A DNA stretch of 32,301 nt from an uncultured Clostridia bacterium (GTDB lineage: Bacteria; Bacillota; Clostridia; Christensenellales; UBA1242), in contig CAKVMF010000002.1 of the NCBI GenBank assembly GCA_934771675.1, forward strand, positions 1-32,301. The letters run 5' to 3'. A program made the translations under genes and the position numbers. Numbering within the stretch: position 1 is the first letter of the stretch; every line of letters begins with the position of its first letter. The notes beneath the pieces are model-generated. The model saw nothing but the letters and a program-made list of their open reading frames with translations. It searched no databases and was not told where the DNA came from. Positions 18,906-26,097 of the stretch are shown in pieces.

Positions 18906-19331
18906 ATGGTTGACTATATTATTGGTGGCGTAATTATTGGACTTGTTGTTATTGCAGTGATTGTTGGAATTGTAAACACTGTTAAAAAAGCAAAAATAAG
19001 AGCTGAAGAAAAATCAAGAGAAGTTGATGATGTTGTTATTAAACATGGTGTTAGATACACACCTGAAGCAACTATTGTTGATGAAAAAGGCAACGAAAAT
19101 GTAACATTTATTCGTGGTGACATTATCATTAAACCTAGAAAAACAATGAAAGTTGGTAAAGGCGAAGAAGTTAAACCAGGAAAATGGACAATTTTGGCAG
19201 CAAATGATGCTGATTTAACATTCAATGTTCGTGTTGGTAACTACGTTAAAGAATATAAACATGGACAAGAAATTGTTCTCGCTGAAGGTGATGAAATCTG
19301 TCCAACAAGCACAACCATTATTTTGAGATAA
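18906..19331 (+). CDS. hypothetical small membrane-anchored protein (141 aa)
   Basis: GGAGG RBS 5 nt before the ATG at 18906 (the track's 18894 start is a TTG). N-terminal TM helix IIGGVIIGLVVIAVIVGIV. A terminator follows. Confidence 0.65.
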   Translation: MVDYIIGGVIIGLVVIAVIVGIVNTVKKAKIRAEEKSREVDDVVIKHGVRYTPEATIVDEKGNENVTFIRGDIIIKPRKTMKVGKGEEVKPGKWTILAANDADLTFNVRVGNYVKEYKHGQEIVLAEGDEICPTSTTIILR

Positions 19332-19333
19332 TA

Positions 19334-19358
19334 AAAAAACAGCATAATGCTGTTTTTC
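19334..19358 (+). terminator. rho-independent terminator
   Basis: Stem ACAGCA / TGCTGT, followed by a T-run. Confidence 0.6.
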
Positions 19359-19392
19359 TTTTGCAATTTTTGTTTTAGATAGTTAAGACGCC

Positions 19393-19824
19393 TTAACTAT
19401 CTTTTTTGTTGTATCTTTTCCAACCCCACCAATCTGGCATAAGGTCAATTAATTTCACTGTTTTGTAACCATTAACATCAAGCAAAATTTCCATATCTTT
19501 ATTTTTTTCATTCAGTTGCAAGAAAAATTCCCTGCAAGCCCCACAAGGTGTCCAACCGCCCTTTCCGTCAGGCTCACCATTAATATAGCAAGCAACTTTT
19601 TTGACGACCGTTTGTCCGCTTTCCATATACATCTTGAGTGCCGCAACTCGCTCCGCACAAAGTGCAATTACTCCGCTTGCACCTTCAATGCAAAATCCTG
19701 AATAAATTTTTCCGTTTTCTGCTTCAATTGCACAGGCAACATGATGAGCATCAATAAAAGGCGAAACTTTTTCTGGATGATATTCTGCTTTTGCTGCTTC
19801 AATCAACTTGTCCCAAATATTCAT
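19393..19824 (-). CDS. cdd: cytidine deaminase family Zn enzyme (Cdd / blasticidin-S-deaminase-like)
   Basis: Zn-ligand motifs CAE (LCAERVAAL) and PCGxCRE (TPCGACREF). 143 aa. RBS AAGGGGG. Confidence 0.75.
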   Translation of the reverse strand: MNIWDKLIEAAKAEYHPEKVSPFIDAHHVACAIEAENGKIYSGFCIEGASGVIALCAERVAALKMYMESGQTVVKKVACYINGEPDGKGGWTPCGACREFFLQLNEKNKDMEILLDVNGYKTVKLIDLMPDWWGWKRYNKKDS

Positions 19825-19842
19825 AATAACCCCCTTAATATC

Positions 19843-19877
19843 AAAAAAACCTTACTAGAAAAAGTAAGGTTTTGTTT
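19843..19877 (-). terminator. hairpin directly 3' of tRNA-Gly
   Basis: Stem ACCTTAC / GTAAGGT, 8-nt loop, T-runs on both strands. Confidence 0.45.
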
Positions 19878-19951
19878 TGGAGCAAATGATGAGAATCGAA
19901 CTCACGACCTAAGCTTGGGAAGCTTATGTTTTGCCATTAAACTACATTTGC
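19878..19951 (-). tRNA. tRNA-Gly (anticodon CCC), CCA encoded
   Basis: Hand-folded cloverleaf: acceptor GCAAATG/CATTTGC, D arm GTTT-AATGGCA-AAAC, anticodon arm TAAGC-TTCCCAA-GCTTA, T arm GTGAG-TTCGATT-CTCAT, discriminator U, CCA. 74 nt. Confidence 0.9.
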
Positions 19952-20040
19952 ATTACAATCTAATTTTACCTTAAAAAACTTTTTTGTCAATATTTTTAGC
20001 CACACCTTCCCTGTTTTTTAACCGCCAAAACAAACTCACA

Positions 20041-20071
20041 CAAAAACAAAAAGCAGGCACCCGCCCGCTTT
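20041..20071 (-). terminator. rho-independent terminator closing the immunity array
   Basis: On the minus strand: AAGCGGGC-GGGT-GCCTGCTT (8 bp with one G-U pair), followed by TTTTTGTTTTT. Confidence 0.6.
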
Positions 20072-20079
20072 AATTATTT

Positions 20080-20643
20080 TCAATCACTAGAAGTAGTTTT
20101 AATAATTGTCACTTCAAAATTTGTTGGTTTTAATGATTTTAAATCGTCATATAACTTTTTAGATATAACAGAAGACTCTCCATCTTTAACCGCAAAATAG
20201 TTGTATTTTGCATCAATATTATCTTTTAAAACCGACCTAAATGATGATACAGCAACACCATAATCAATCATATCAGAAAGATTTCTATCAAGAACATCAA
20301 TCTCAAATTTTGGTCTTAAAATGAAATATGGTTTCAAAATACCATCATCTTTCGCAAAACATTCAAAAAATTGTATCTCATTTGAATATTTTTCATTTAA
20401 CATCTTGAAAATTTTTTCAGAAACAATAATTTCAGCCCAATCGTTTAGCAAAAAATCTGAAATCGGTTCATTATTTTTGTAACTTTTATCTCGTTCAAAA
20501 ATAATTGGAGTTTTTGAAAAACCGTCAAAAGGTTTGCCAAAATTTCTAAACTCTCTTATTTCAGCATATGGCTCATAATCATTTAAAAAATTACCATATT
20601 TTTTTGCACAATTTGTTAACGACCTTATTTCATAATAATTCAT
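20080..20643 (-). CDS. putative orphan immunity protein (187 aa), possibly DUF1629/Imm11-like
   Basis: Start trimmed to MNYYEIRS (RBS AAGGAA). It is the last gene of the immunity array. The segment ISDFLLNDWAEIIVSEKIFKMLNE resembles my recollection of DUF1629-type immunity proteins; this assignment is not verified. Confidence 0.5.
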   Translation of the reverse strand: MNYYEIRSLTNCAKKYGNFLNDYEPYAEIREFRNFGKPFDGFSKTPIIFERDKSYKNNEPISDFLLNDWAEIIVSEKIFKMLNEKYSNEIQFFECFAKDDGILKPYFILRPKFEIDVLDRNLSDMIDYGVAVSSFRSVLKDNIDAKYNYFAVKDGESSVISKKLYDDLKSLKPTNFEVTIIKTTSSD

Positions 20644-20653
20644 AAATATTTCC

Positions 20654-21097
20654 TTACAACTTTGAATATCTTGCATCAAGTTCTTCCAAATCTTTAATAT
20701 CTTCCCACTTGATTTTTATTGTGGCAAGCAAGTCTTCAATTAATTTTTCTCCGTTAAAATCGCCTTTCTTTTTCGCGTCCACAATCTTTATTGCATCTAC
20801 AAGCATTTTTACATAAAGCAGCAATCTTCCGTTTTCATCTGCTTTTACAAATTTATCGTAGTCCATTATAAGCCTAATGTCTGCATCTTTAGATTTTGGT
20901 CTAACCAGCCTTCTTTCTTTCCAATCTTCATCTAAAAACTCATCTTCCATTATTGTCGGAATTATACTTATAAGTTCAAACTCCAAGCCATAATTGTTTT
21001 TACAAAGTTTGTTCAAAATAGGTTCTAGAAATGAATAAATTTTATTCGTTTTATTTCCAACACCTATTGATTCTTCTGATGAAATACAAATCTTCAT
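20654..21097 (-). CDS. putative immunity protein, paralog B of the 22644-23129 gene (147 aa)
   Basis: RBS AGGAGAAG. The C-terminal two-thirds is a near-copy of the other paralog, including 67 identical residues (DWKERRLVRPKSKDADIRLIMDYDKF...GEKLIEDLLA). Confidence 0.65.
   Translation of the reverse strand: MKICISSEESIGVGNKTNKIYSFLEPILNKLCKNNYGLEFELISIIPTIMEDEFLDEDWKERRLVRPKSKDADIRLIMDYDKFVKADENGRLLLYVKMLVDAIKIVDAKKKGDFNGEKLIEDLLATIKIKWEDIKDLEELDARYSKL
20727..20927. repeat. 201-bp tract 100% identical to 22756-22956
   Basis: Base-by-base comparison at a constant offset of 2029 nt. The first mismatches are at 20726/22755 and 20928/22957. Confidence 0.9.
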
Positions 21098-21105
21098 AAC
21101 TTCTC

Positions 21106-21837
21106 CTATTTTTCATTAAAATCCACTGCTGGGAAAACTGTTTTTATAAGACTATTTACTTTTGAGAGCCTTTTTTGATATGTTTCCATATCTGGATTTT
21201 TTCCAGCGGTAAAATCTTTTGTTGGCTTGAATATCTTTTCATCAATAACTCTTTCAATATCTCTATTGTTTCCACCAACAATTTTATCTAAAACAGTGTC
21301 AATAATAAGTGATTTTTGAACCTTGTATTCATAGTTTTTATTTGGAACTATTTCATATAATCCGTCGTAAAGTTTTGCAACAGTATCAAATAAACTGTCT
21401 TGCAATAAAAATGTTACTTTTCCACCATAAATCAAGTCTTGAGAATCATTTTCCATGATTTTCAAAATCATAGATTTAACGTCTTTGTAGCCATTTGAAA
21501 TTTCATCACGACTTTCAACAGCCAATTGTTCAACCAACTCATTTTTATAAATAAATTCAGGAACTGGTCTGCCATATTGCTTCAATAAATTAACCTTTTC
21601 TTGCACACTTTTTTCAAATTCTTCATTTAAAAATTTTACTTCTGCAAAAACAGGCTTTGAATATTCATCAAAAAATTCTTGTAATTGCTTATCATTTAAG
21701 CTATTGATTTTGTTTTGAAGCATTTCGCAAACATCATTAAAGTTATCTTGAAAGTTCGCAATAAATTCATCAAAATCTATCTTTCCCACAACAAAATCAT
21801 AAATCATTTTTTGATAATCTATTTTTCTATTTTTCAT
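21106..21837 (-). CDS. hypothetical 243-aa protein in the immunity array
   Basis: Clean ORF between a cassette terminator and the next gene; its stop overlaps the RBS of the downstream gene. No recognisable motif. Confidence 0.55.
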   Translation of the reverse strand: MKNRKIDYQKMIYDFVVGKIDFDEFIANFQDNFNDVCEMLQNKINSLNDKQLQEFFDEYSKPVFAEVKFLNEEFEKSVQEKVNLLKQYGRPVPEFIYKNELVEQLAVESRDEISNGYKDVKSMILKIMENDSQDLIYGGKVTFLLQDSLFDTVAKLYDGLYEIVPNKNYEYKVQKSLIIDTVLDKIVGGNNRDIERVIDEKIFKPTKDFTAGKNPDMETYQKRLSKVNSLIKTVFPAVDFNEK

Positions 21838-21843
21838 ATATTT

Positions 21844-21872
21844 ATTTTAACAAACTCAAAATTTTTTGTCCA
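21844..21872 (-). promoter_or_regulatory. candidate promoter for the 243-aa gene cassette
   Basis: On the minus strand: TGGACA, 17-nt spacer, TAAAAT. Only 6 nt separate it from the ATG and there is no RBS. Confidence 0.35.
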
Positions 21873-21875
21873 CAC

Positions 21876-21905
21876 AAAAATAGCAGGCAATGCCTGCTAT
21901 TTTTT
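21876..21905 (-). terminator. conserved palindromic terminator, copy 1 (after SUKH paralog B)
   Basis: AAAAATAGCAGGCAATGCCTGCTATTTTT; the T-run follows on the minus strand; it overlaps the stop at 21904. Confidence 0.7.
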
Positions 21906-22560
21906 AACCTTTTTGATTTGTTTTTGTTGAATCTTCTTCTGGAACTGTCCAAGTTATATCACCCCAAAACGCATTTGATATAGCTGGGTATTTTTTGCAC
22001 CATTTATCTTTATTTGGATGTTTTCTATACCCCTTTTCATCATATTCTGGAACGAGATATTTAAAGTAGTATTTCATAACATCTTCAATTGAATCAAACT
22101 CTTTTGAAGGAACTATTGTGCCATTTTTTGCCAAATAAATCTTTGGACGCATCAATTCAGATTGTTTGTAATACATTTCATACTCACCAACTCCACCAAA
22201 AAACACAATATCATCCAAAGTTTCCTTTGTTACCTTTTTGTCCTTAATTTCACCATGTTTGTTGATATCGTTTAAATAAAATTCCATTGGACTTGATTTT
22301 CCAACTCCAATACCATAAATATTTATTGATGAAAGAAATAATCTGCAACCATTGTAATTTTTATAAAATTCCTTAAGTTCAGGAAGCAATCTAATATTGT
22401 ATTGCTGCTCAAAATTATCATAATAGCTTATGTCAATTTTTTTGCATAAAGTATGAAGATATGTTTCATCTGAAATTTCTTTCATAACAACATAAATCTT
22501 TCCTTCTTCATTATCTTTTTCAAGCTTCCATTTTGTTTCAATCAATTCGTCTAAATACAT
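21904..22560 (-). CDS. SUKH-1 (SMI1/KNR4) family immunity protein, paralog B (218 aa)
   Basis: Motif LPELKEFYKNYNGCRLF is typical of SMI1/KNR4 (SUKH) proteins. It is roughly half identical by eye to the toxin-adjacent paralog. RBS AGGAAG. Confidence 0.75.
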   Translation of the reverse strand: MYLDELIETKWKLEKDNEEGKIYVVMKEISDETYLHTLCKKIDISYYDNFEQQYNIRLLPELKEFYKNYNGCRLFLSSINIYGIGVGKSSPMEFYLNDINKHGEIKDKKVTKETLDDIVFFGGVGEYEMYYKQSELMRPKIYLAKNGTIVPSKEFDSIEDVMKYYFKYLVPEYDEKGYRKHPNKDKWCKKYPAISNAFWGDITWTVPEEDSTKTNQKG

Positions 22561-22586
22561 TTTTTACTTCCTATTACTACATTTCC

Positions 22587-22614
22587 ATTTTAACAAAATT
22601 AAACTATTTATCAA
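22587..22614 (-). promoter_or_regulatory. candidate promoter for SUKH paralog B
   Basis: On the minus strand: TTGATA, 16-nt spacer, TAAAAT. Confidence 0.4.
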
Positions 22615-22616
22615 AC

Positions 22617-22645
22617 AAAAATAGCAGGCAATGCCTGCTATTTTT
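22617..22645 (-). terminator. conserved palindromic terminator, copy 2
   Basis: Same AATAGCAGGCAATGCCTGCTATT palindrome plus T-run; abuts the stop of the 161-aa gene. Confidence 0.7.
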
Positions 22646-23129
22646 ATCTCTGTTTTGCTAAATCATTATTTTCTTTTGCTGTTCTACTAAGTGGGTATCT
22701 TGGATCTAATTCATCCAAATCTTTTATTTCGTCCCACTTTATGTTTGTTGCAGCTAGCAAGTCTTCAATTAATTTTTCTCCGTTAAAATCGCCTTTCTTT
22801 TTCGCGTCCACAATCTTTATTGCATCTACAAGCATTTTTACATAAAGCAGCAATCTTCCGTTTTCATCTGCTTTTACAAATTTATCGTAGTCCATTATAA
22901 GCCTAATGTCTGCATCTTTAGATTTTGGTCTAACCAGCCTTCTTTCTTTCCAATCTGGACCCAAATATTTTTCTTCTTTTATTGTTGGAATAATGCTTAT
23001 ATCTTGAAATTCTTCACCATAGTTATTATTTTTTGTTAAATTATTGAATATCATTTTAAAATTATTCCACAAATACATAATTGAATTATCAATATCTCCA
23101 GAATATTCAAAAGACAATGTTATATCCAT
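22644..23129 (-). CDS. putative immunity protein, paralog A (161 aa)
   Basis: RBS AAAGGGGAA; own promoter and terminator; paralog of 20654-21097. Confidence 0.65.
   Translation of the reverse strand: MDITLSFEYSGDIDNSIMYLWNNFKMIFNNLTKNNNYGEEFQDISIIPTIKEEKYLGPDWKERRLVRPKSKDADIRLIMDYDKFVKADENGRLLLYVKMLVDAIKIVDAKKKGDFNGEKLIEDLLAATNIKWDEIKDLDELDPRYPLSRTAKENNDLAKQR
22756..22956. repeat. 201-bp tract 100% identical to 20727-20927
   Basis: See the partner copy. The flanks fall to an estimated 75-80% identity. Confidence 0.9.
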
Positions 23130-23167
23130 ATTTCCCCTTTATTTTATAAAACTAGATAAGCATTTTA

Positions 23168-23196
23168 ATTTTAACATTCAAAGAATCAAAAGTCAA
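23168..23196 (-). promoter_or_regulatory. candidate promoter for the 161-aa immunity gene
   Basis: On the minus strand: TTGACT, 17-nt spacer, TAAAAT. Confidence 0.45.
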
Positions 23197-23207
23197 TTTT
23201 GACAATA

Positions 23208-23236
23208 TAAAATAGCAGGCATTGCCTGCTATTTTT
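23208..23236 (-). terminator. conserved palindromic terminator, copy 3 (ends the toxin operon)
   Basis: AATAGCAGGCATTGCCTGCTATT plus T-run. It differs from copies 1 and 2 only at the central base. Confidence 0.7.
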
Positions 23237-23882
23237 AATCCTTTTGAATTGATTTTGACAAATCATCTTCTGGAACCGTCCAATCTATATCACCATTAAA
23301 TGAATTTTTTTCTAAAGGAAATTTTCTACACCATTTTTCATTTATTGGATGTTTTCTATAACCTTTTTCATCATATTCAAATGATAATGCTTTAATATAA
23401 AATGACAAAAGTTCTTTTATAGAATAAAATTCTTTATGAACTGTTAATTCACCATGATTTGAAAGGTATAATTTTGGTGATTTTATTTCACTTTGTTTAT
23501 AATAAATCAAATAATCTCCAACATTTCCAATATAAACAATATCTTTACCATCAAAGCCATTATTATTTAGTTTTGTATGAAGATTTATGTTATTTAAAAC
23601 CATACACATTGGTTCAGATTTTTCGACATCAAAACCATAAATATTTATCGATGAATGAAATAACCTACATCCATTAAAATTTTTGTAAAATTCTTTAAGC
23701 TCTGGCAATAATACGATGCCATTTTCTTGTTCATATTTGTTTGCATAGTTAATATCAATTTTTTTATATAGTCTATGTAAATATACATCATCGTCAATTT
23801 CAGGCATTGCACAAAACAACAATCCCTCTTCATTATTTTGGTCAACCTTCCATTTATTCTTTAACAATTCATCTAAATACAT
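23235..23882 (-). CDS. SUKH-1 (SMI1/KNR4) family immunity protein, presumed cognate of the upstream toxin (215 aa)
   Basis: LPELKEFYKNFNGCRLF motif. It starts 10 nt after the toxin stop, whose TAA is embedded in the RBS (TAAGGAG). Confidence 0.8.
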   Translation of the reverse strand: MYLDELLKNKWKVDQNNEEGLLFCAMPEIDDDVYLHRLYKKIDINYANKYEQENGIVLLPELKEFYKNFNGCRLFHSSINIYGFDVEKSEPMCMVLNNINLHTKLNNNGFDGKDIVYIGNVGDYLIYYKQSEIKSPKLYLSNHGELTVHKEFYSIKELLSFYIKALSFEYDEKGYRKHPINEKWCRKFPLEKNSFNGDIDWTVPEDDLSKSIQKD

Positions 23883-23892
23883 TTTTTTCTCC

Positions 23893-26085
23893 TTATAATC
23901 CCAATTTAGTCAATTTATCTACAACCCATGGCAATAATTCCTTTACCTTAGCCAAATCAGTAGCATTTTTCCATGAACCACCATGAACATATAAATGTTG
24001 TTGTCTTGTTAAAAATACAATATTATCAGGATTTCCAATCAAATCCAAATTTCCCATACTTCTGCTCACATCTTTTAAATGACAACCTTGGTAACCTTTT
24101 ACTTTACCATACTTTAAAATTTGTTGTCTTTCAGATGCCGTCCATGTGTATTTTGATTTTTTATTCAATACAGCTTTTTGTTCATTTTTCCAAGCATCTC
24201 TTACAGCTTTTTGTCTAGCATTTCTAATTTCACTTTTTGATGGATTTTTTGCAGCATTATTTGATGAATTTGTTCCTTTTTTTGCATTTGATTTGGTTGA
24301 TTTTGAACAAGCATTGTGAACTAAAACGTTATCATTTCCAACATAATATGTGTGGAATGATTCATCATTTTCGTCACCTACTGTAAAGTTGTAAACATCA
24401 ATTGGTTCATCAAGTTTTTGTCTGTGAACACCTAATATTTTAACACTTTCTCCATTTTCTGTCAATAATGTATCACCAGATGCAAGTTCATATGCAGGAA
24501 CCCAACCTCTGCTTTCAACATACCATGGATGAAGTGATGTTGATGTGATAGTTTTTCCAGTGCTAAGAGCAACTGAACAAATATCATCTGAAGTGCTTCT
24601 CATTATGTTTGTAACAGCAACAGCTGAAACCATTGCAGTTGCTTCGTCATAACTTAACACTTTTTCACCAACAGTAACGTCTTGAATATTTTTAAGACCA
24701 CTTTCAGTTAAAACCTTTGTATCTTCAACAAAGCACGCCTTAACAAGTCCGCTGCCAACCATAACAGCACTCATAATTGCAGACATCATGAATGATTTTG
24801 CAATATTTTCTGGTTCAAGAGTACTTTTTGCAGCATCTCTAAGTGCTTCACCAAAACTTTTTCCTTGAATAACTCCTGTTATTGTTGAAACAGTTGTTTG
24901 AATTGCAAGGTCTGTAATAACTGCAACAGCTGTCATTTTTGTTATTAATAACAATGATGCTCCGAAAGACGCTCCCCCACAAAGTGGTGCAAGTGCCGCT
25001 CCAATAAGCATTGCAGCAAGACCAATAGCAGCAAACAAACCAACCTTTAACCAGTTTGTTGTTTTTGTTTTGATTAAATCAGCTTTCTTTACCCCACCAT
25101 CAGCGGTAAATTCAAGTGTTGTGTCAGCACCGAATGTTTCGTTGAGCGAATCTAAATCATATCCAAAGAATGAGTCTTTGCTAGACAAATTTTGCCATTC
25201 ATTGATTAAATCATAATCAATAATTGTGATTGTTATTTCGCTAACATAGTAACCATTCTTTTCTTGTTCAGCATTGATTTCATCAATCTTTGCTTGAATG
25301 CTGTCATAATCAATATCAGAAAACATTGCTTTTACTTCAACTGAAGTGTAAGTAAAATCATTTTCATAAATGTATTTGCATTCATCATATGAGAATAATT
25401 GACCTAATTTAGTATCATAATTTTCAGTATTGTTATCTTGAATACTATATTTTACAGTTCTTTCATTAACCCATCTATATGCAACATATTTATCATAATA
25501 AACAAAGTGACCATCACTTCTTTCAATTGCATAGTTAGAGATAATGTATCTATATCCATCATCTTCACCATTGTTAAATGAAATCAAATTTTCTGTGTTT
25601 GAAATTACAGTATCATCTTTAACAACACCGATAAATCCACCATTCATATAAGTTTCATTAATTTCTTCATATTCGGTGTAAGTCAATCCAAAATAAATTG
25701 TATCATTGTCTAAATTCAATGCTTTTGATTCAAAAACTTCAAATCCTTGGTTATTTAATTCATAGCAAAGAGAATTATACAACAATGATAAAATTTGAAA
25801 TTCAATAAATTCTTCTTCTGTTAAATCATCTGGAGTTTCTCCATTTGAAGCACTACTGAGCACGCTGTCGTGCTTTTGTTGTTCATCAATAAGTGATGAA
25901 TCATAAACTTTTACTTTGTAATTGGTGTCAGGTGTTGCTGGCGTTGCAGCGACTGTTCTATTGTAATCGCAATTTTGTTTATCAATATCAGCCGAATATG
26001 GCTTAATCAAAACAATATTGAGCGCACAAACAACACTTAAAATAAATGACAAAACATATTTTGAAATATTTTTTAAAGTTTTCAT
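23893..26085 (-). CDS. secreted polymorphic toxin: signal peptide, unknown NTD, TM block, Hint domain, HNH/EndoVII-like C-terminal toxin (730 aa)
   Basis: N-terminal signal peptide (cleavage probably after YSA). Hint hallmarks: ACFVEDTKVL...LVHNAC. C-terminal H...N...H...HGG nuclease-like pattern. An immunity gene follows immediately. Confidence 0.8.
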   Translation of the reverse strand: MKTLKNISKYVLSFILSVVCALNIVLIKPYSADIDKQNCDYNRTVAATPATPDTNYKVKVYDSSLIDEQQKHDSVLSSASNGETPDDLTEEEFIEFQILSLLYNSLCYELNNQGFEVFESKALNLDNDTIYFGLTYTEYEEINETYMNGGFIGVVKDDTVISNTENLISFNNGEDDGYRYIISNYAIERSDGHFVYYDKYVAYRWVNERTVKYSIQDNNTENYDTKLGQLFSYDECKYIYENDFTYTSVEVKAMFSDIDYDSIQAKIDEINAEQEKNGYYVSEITITIIDYDLINEWQNLSSKDSFFGYDLDSLNETFGADTTLEFTADGGVKKADLIKTKTTNWLKVGLFAAIGLAAMLIGAALAPLCGGASFGASLLLITKMTAVAVITDLAIQTTVSTITGVIQGKSFGEALRDAAKSTLEPENIAKSFMMSAIMSAVMVGSGLVKACFVEDTKVLTESGLKNIQDVTVGEKVLSYDEATAMVSAVAVTNIMRSTSDDICSVALSTGKTITSTSLHPWYVESRGWVPAYELASGDTLLTENGESVKILGVHRQKLDEPIDVYNFTVGDENDESFHTYYVGNDNVLVHNACSKSTKSNAKKGTNSSNNAAKNPSKSEIRNARQKAVRDAWKNEQKAVLNKKSKYTWTASERQQILKYGKVKGYQGCHLKDVSRSMGNLDLIGNPDNIVFLTRQQHLYVHGGSWKNATDLAKVKELLPWVVDKLTKLGL
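23896..24306 (-). other. C-terminal toxin module (residues 594-730), HNH/Endonuclease VII-fold-like
   Basis: GYQGCHLKDV...GNPDNIVFLTRQQHLYVHGGSW resembles the [x]HH...N...L...H...HxGG pattern of the AHH/LHH/WHH/GHH nuclease toxin families, but with CHL instead of xHH. The Lys-rich linker is typical. Confidence 0.55.
24307..24735 (-). other. Hint (Hedgehog/intein-like) pre-toxin autoprocessing domain, residues 451-593
   Basis: Begins with Cys (A-CFVEDTKVLTESG), ends with VLVHN-AC. ~143 aa, with no homing-endonuclease insert. Confidence 0.75.
24736..25059 (-). other. Gly/Ala-rich hydrophobic block (residues 343-450), about 3-4 predicted TM helices
   Basis: WLKVGLFAAIGLAAMLIGAALAPLCGGASFGASLLLITKMTAVAVITDLAIQ...FMMSAIMSAVMVGSGLV. 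Confidence 0.6.
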
Positions 26086-26097
26086 TTTTGTTCCCCC

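Noticed and set aside
18914-19225. 103-aa minus-strand ORF antisense to the small membrane protein gene
   Set aside because: The plus-strand ORF has a GGAGG RBS, a clear TM helix and its own terminator. The minus ORF has none of these.
19741-19974. 77-aa plus-strand ORF overlapping the cdd start and the tRNA-Gly
   Set aside because: It overlaps a well-folded tRNA and a motif-supported CDS on the other strand, so I treat it as spurious.
24307-24735. A true (splicing) intein interrupting a host protein
   Set aside because: The domain is mini-sized with no homing-endonuclease insert. The flanks are not halves of a conserved host protein. The residue after HN is Ala, not the Cys/Ser/Thr nucleophile at +1. 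This fits a cleaving pre-toxin Hint / bacterial intein-like domain instead.
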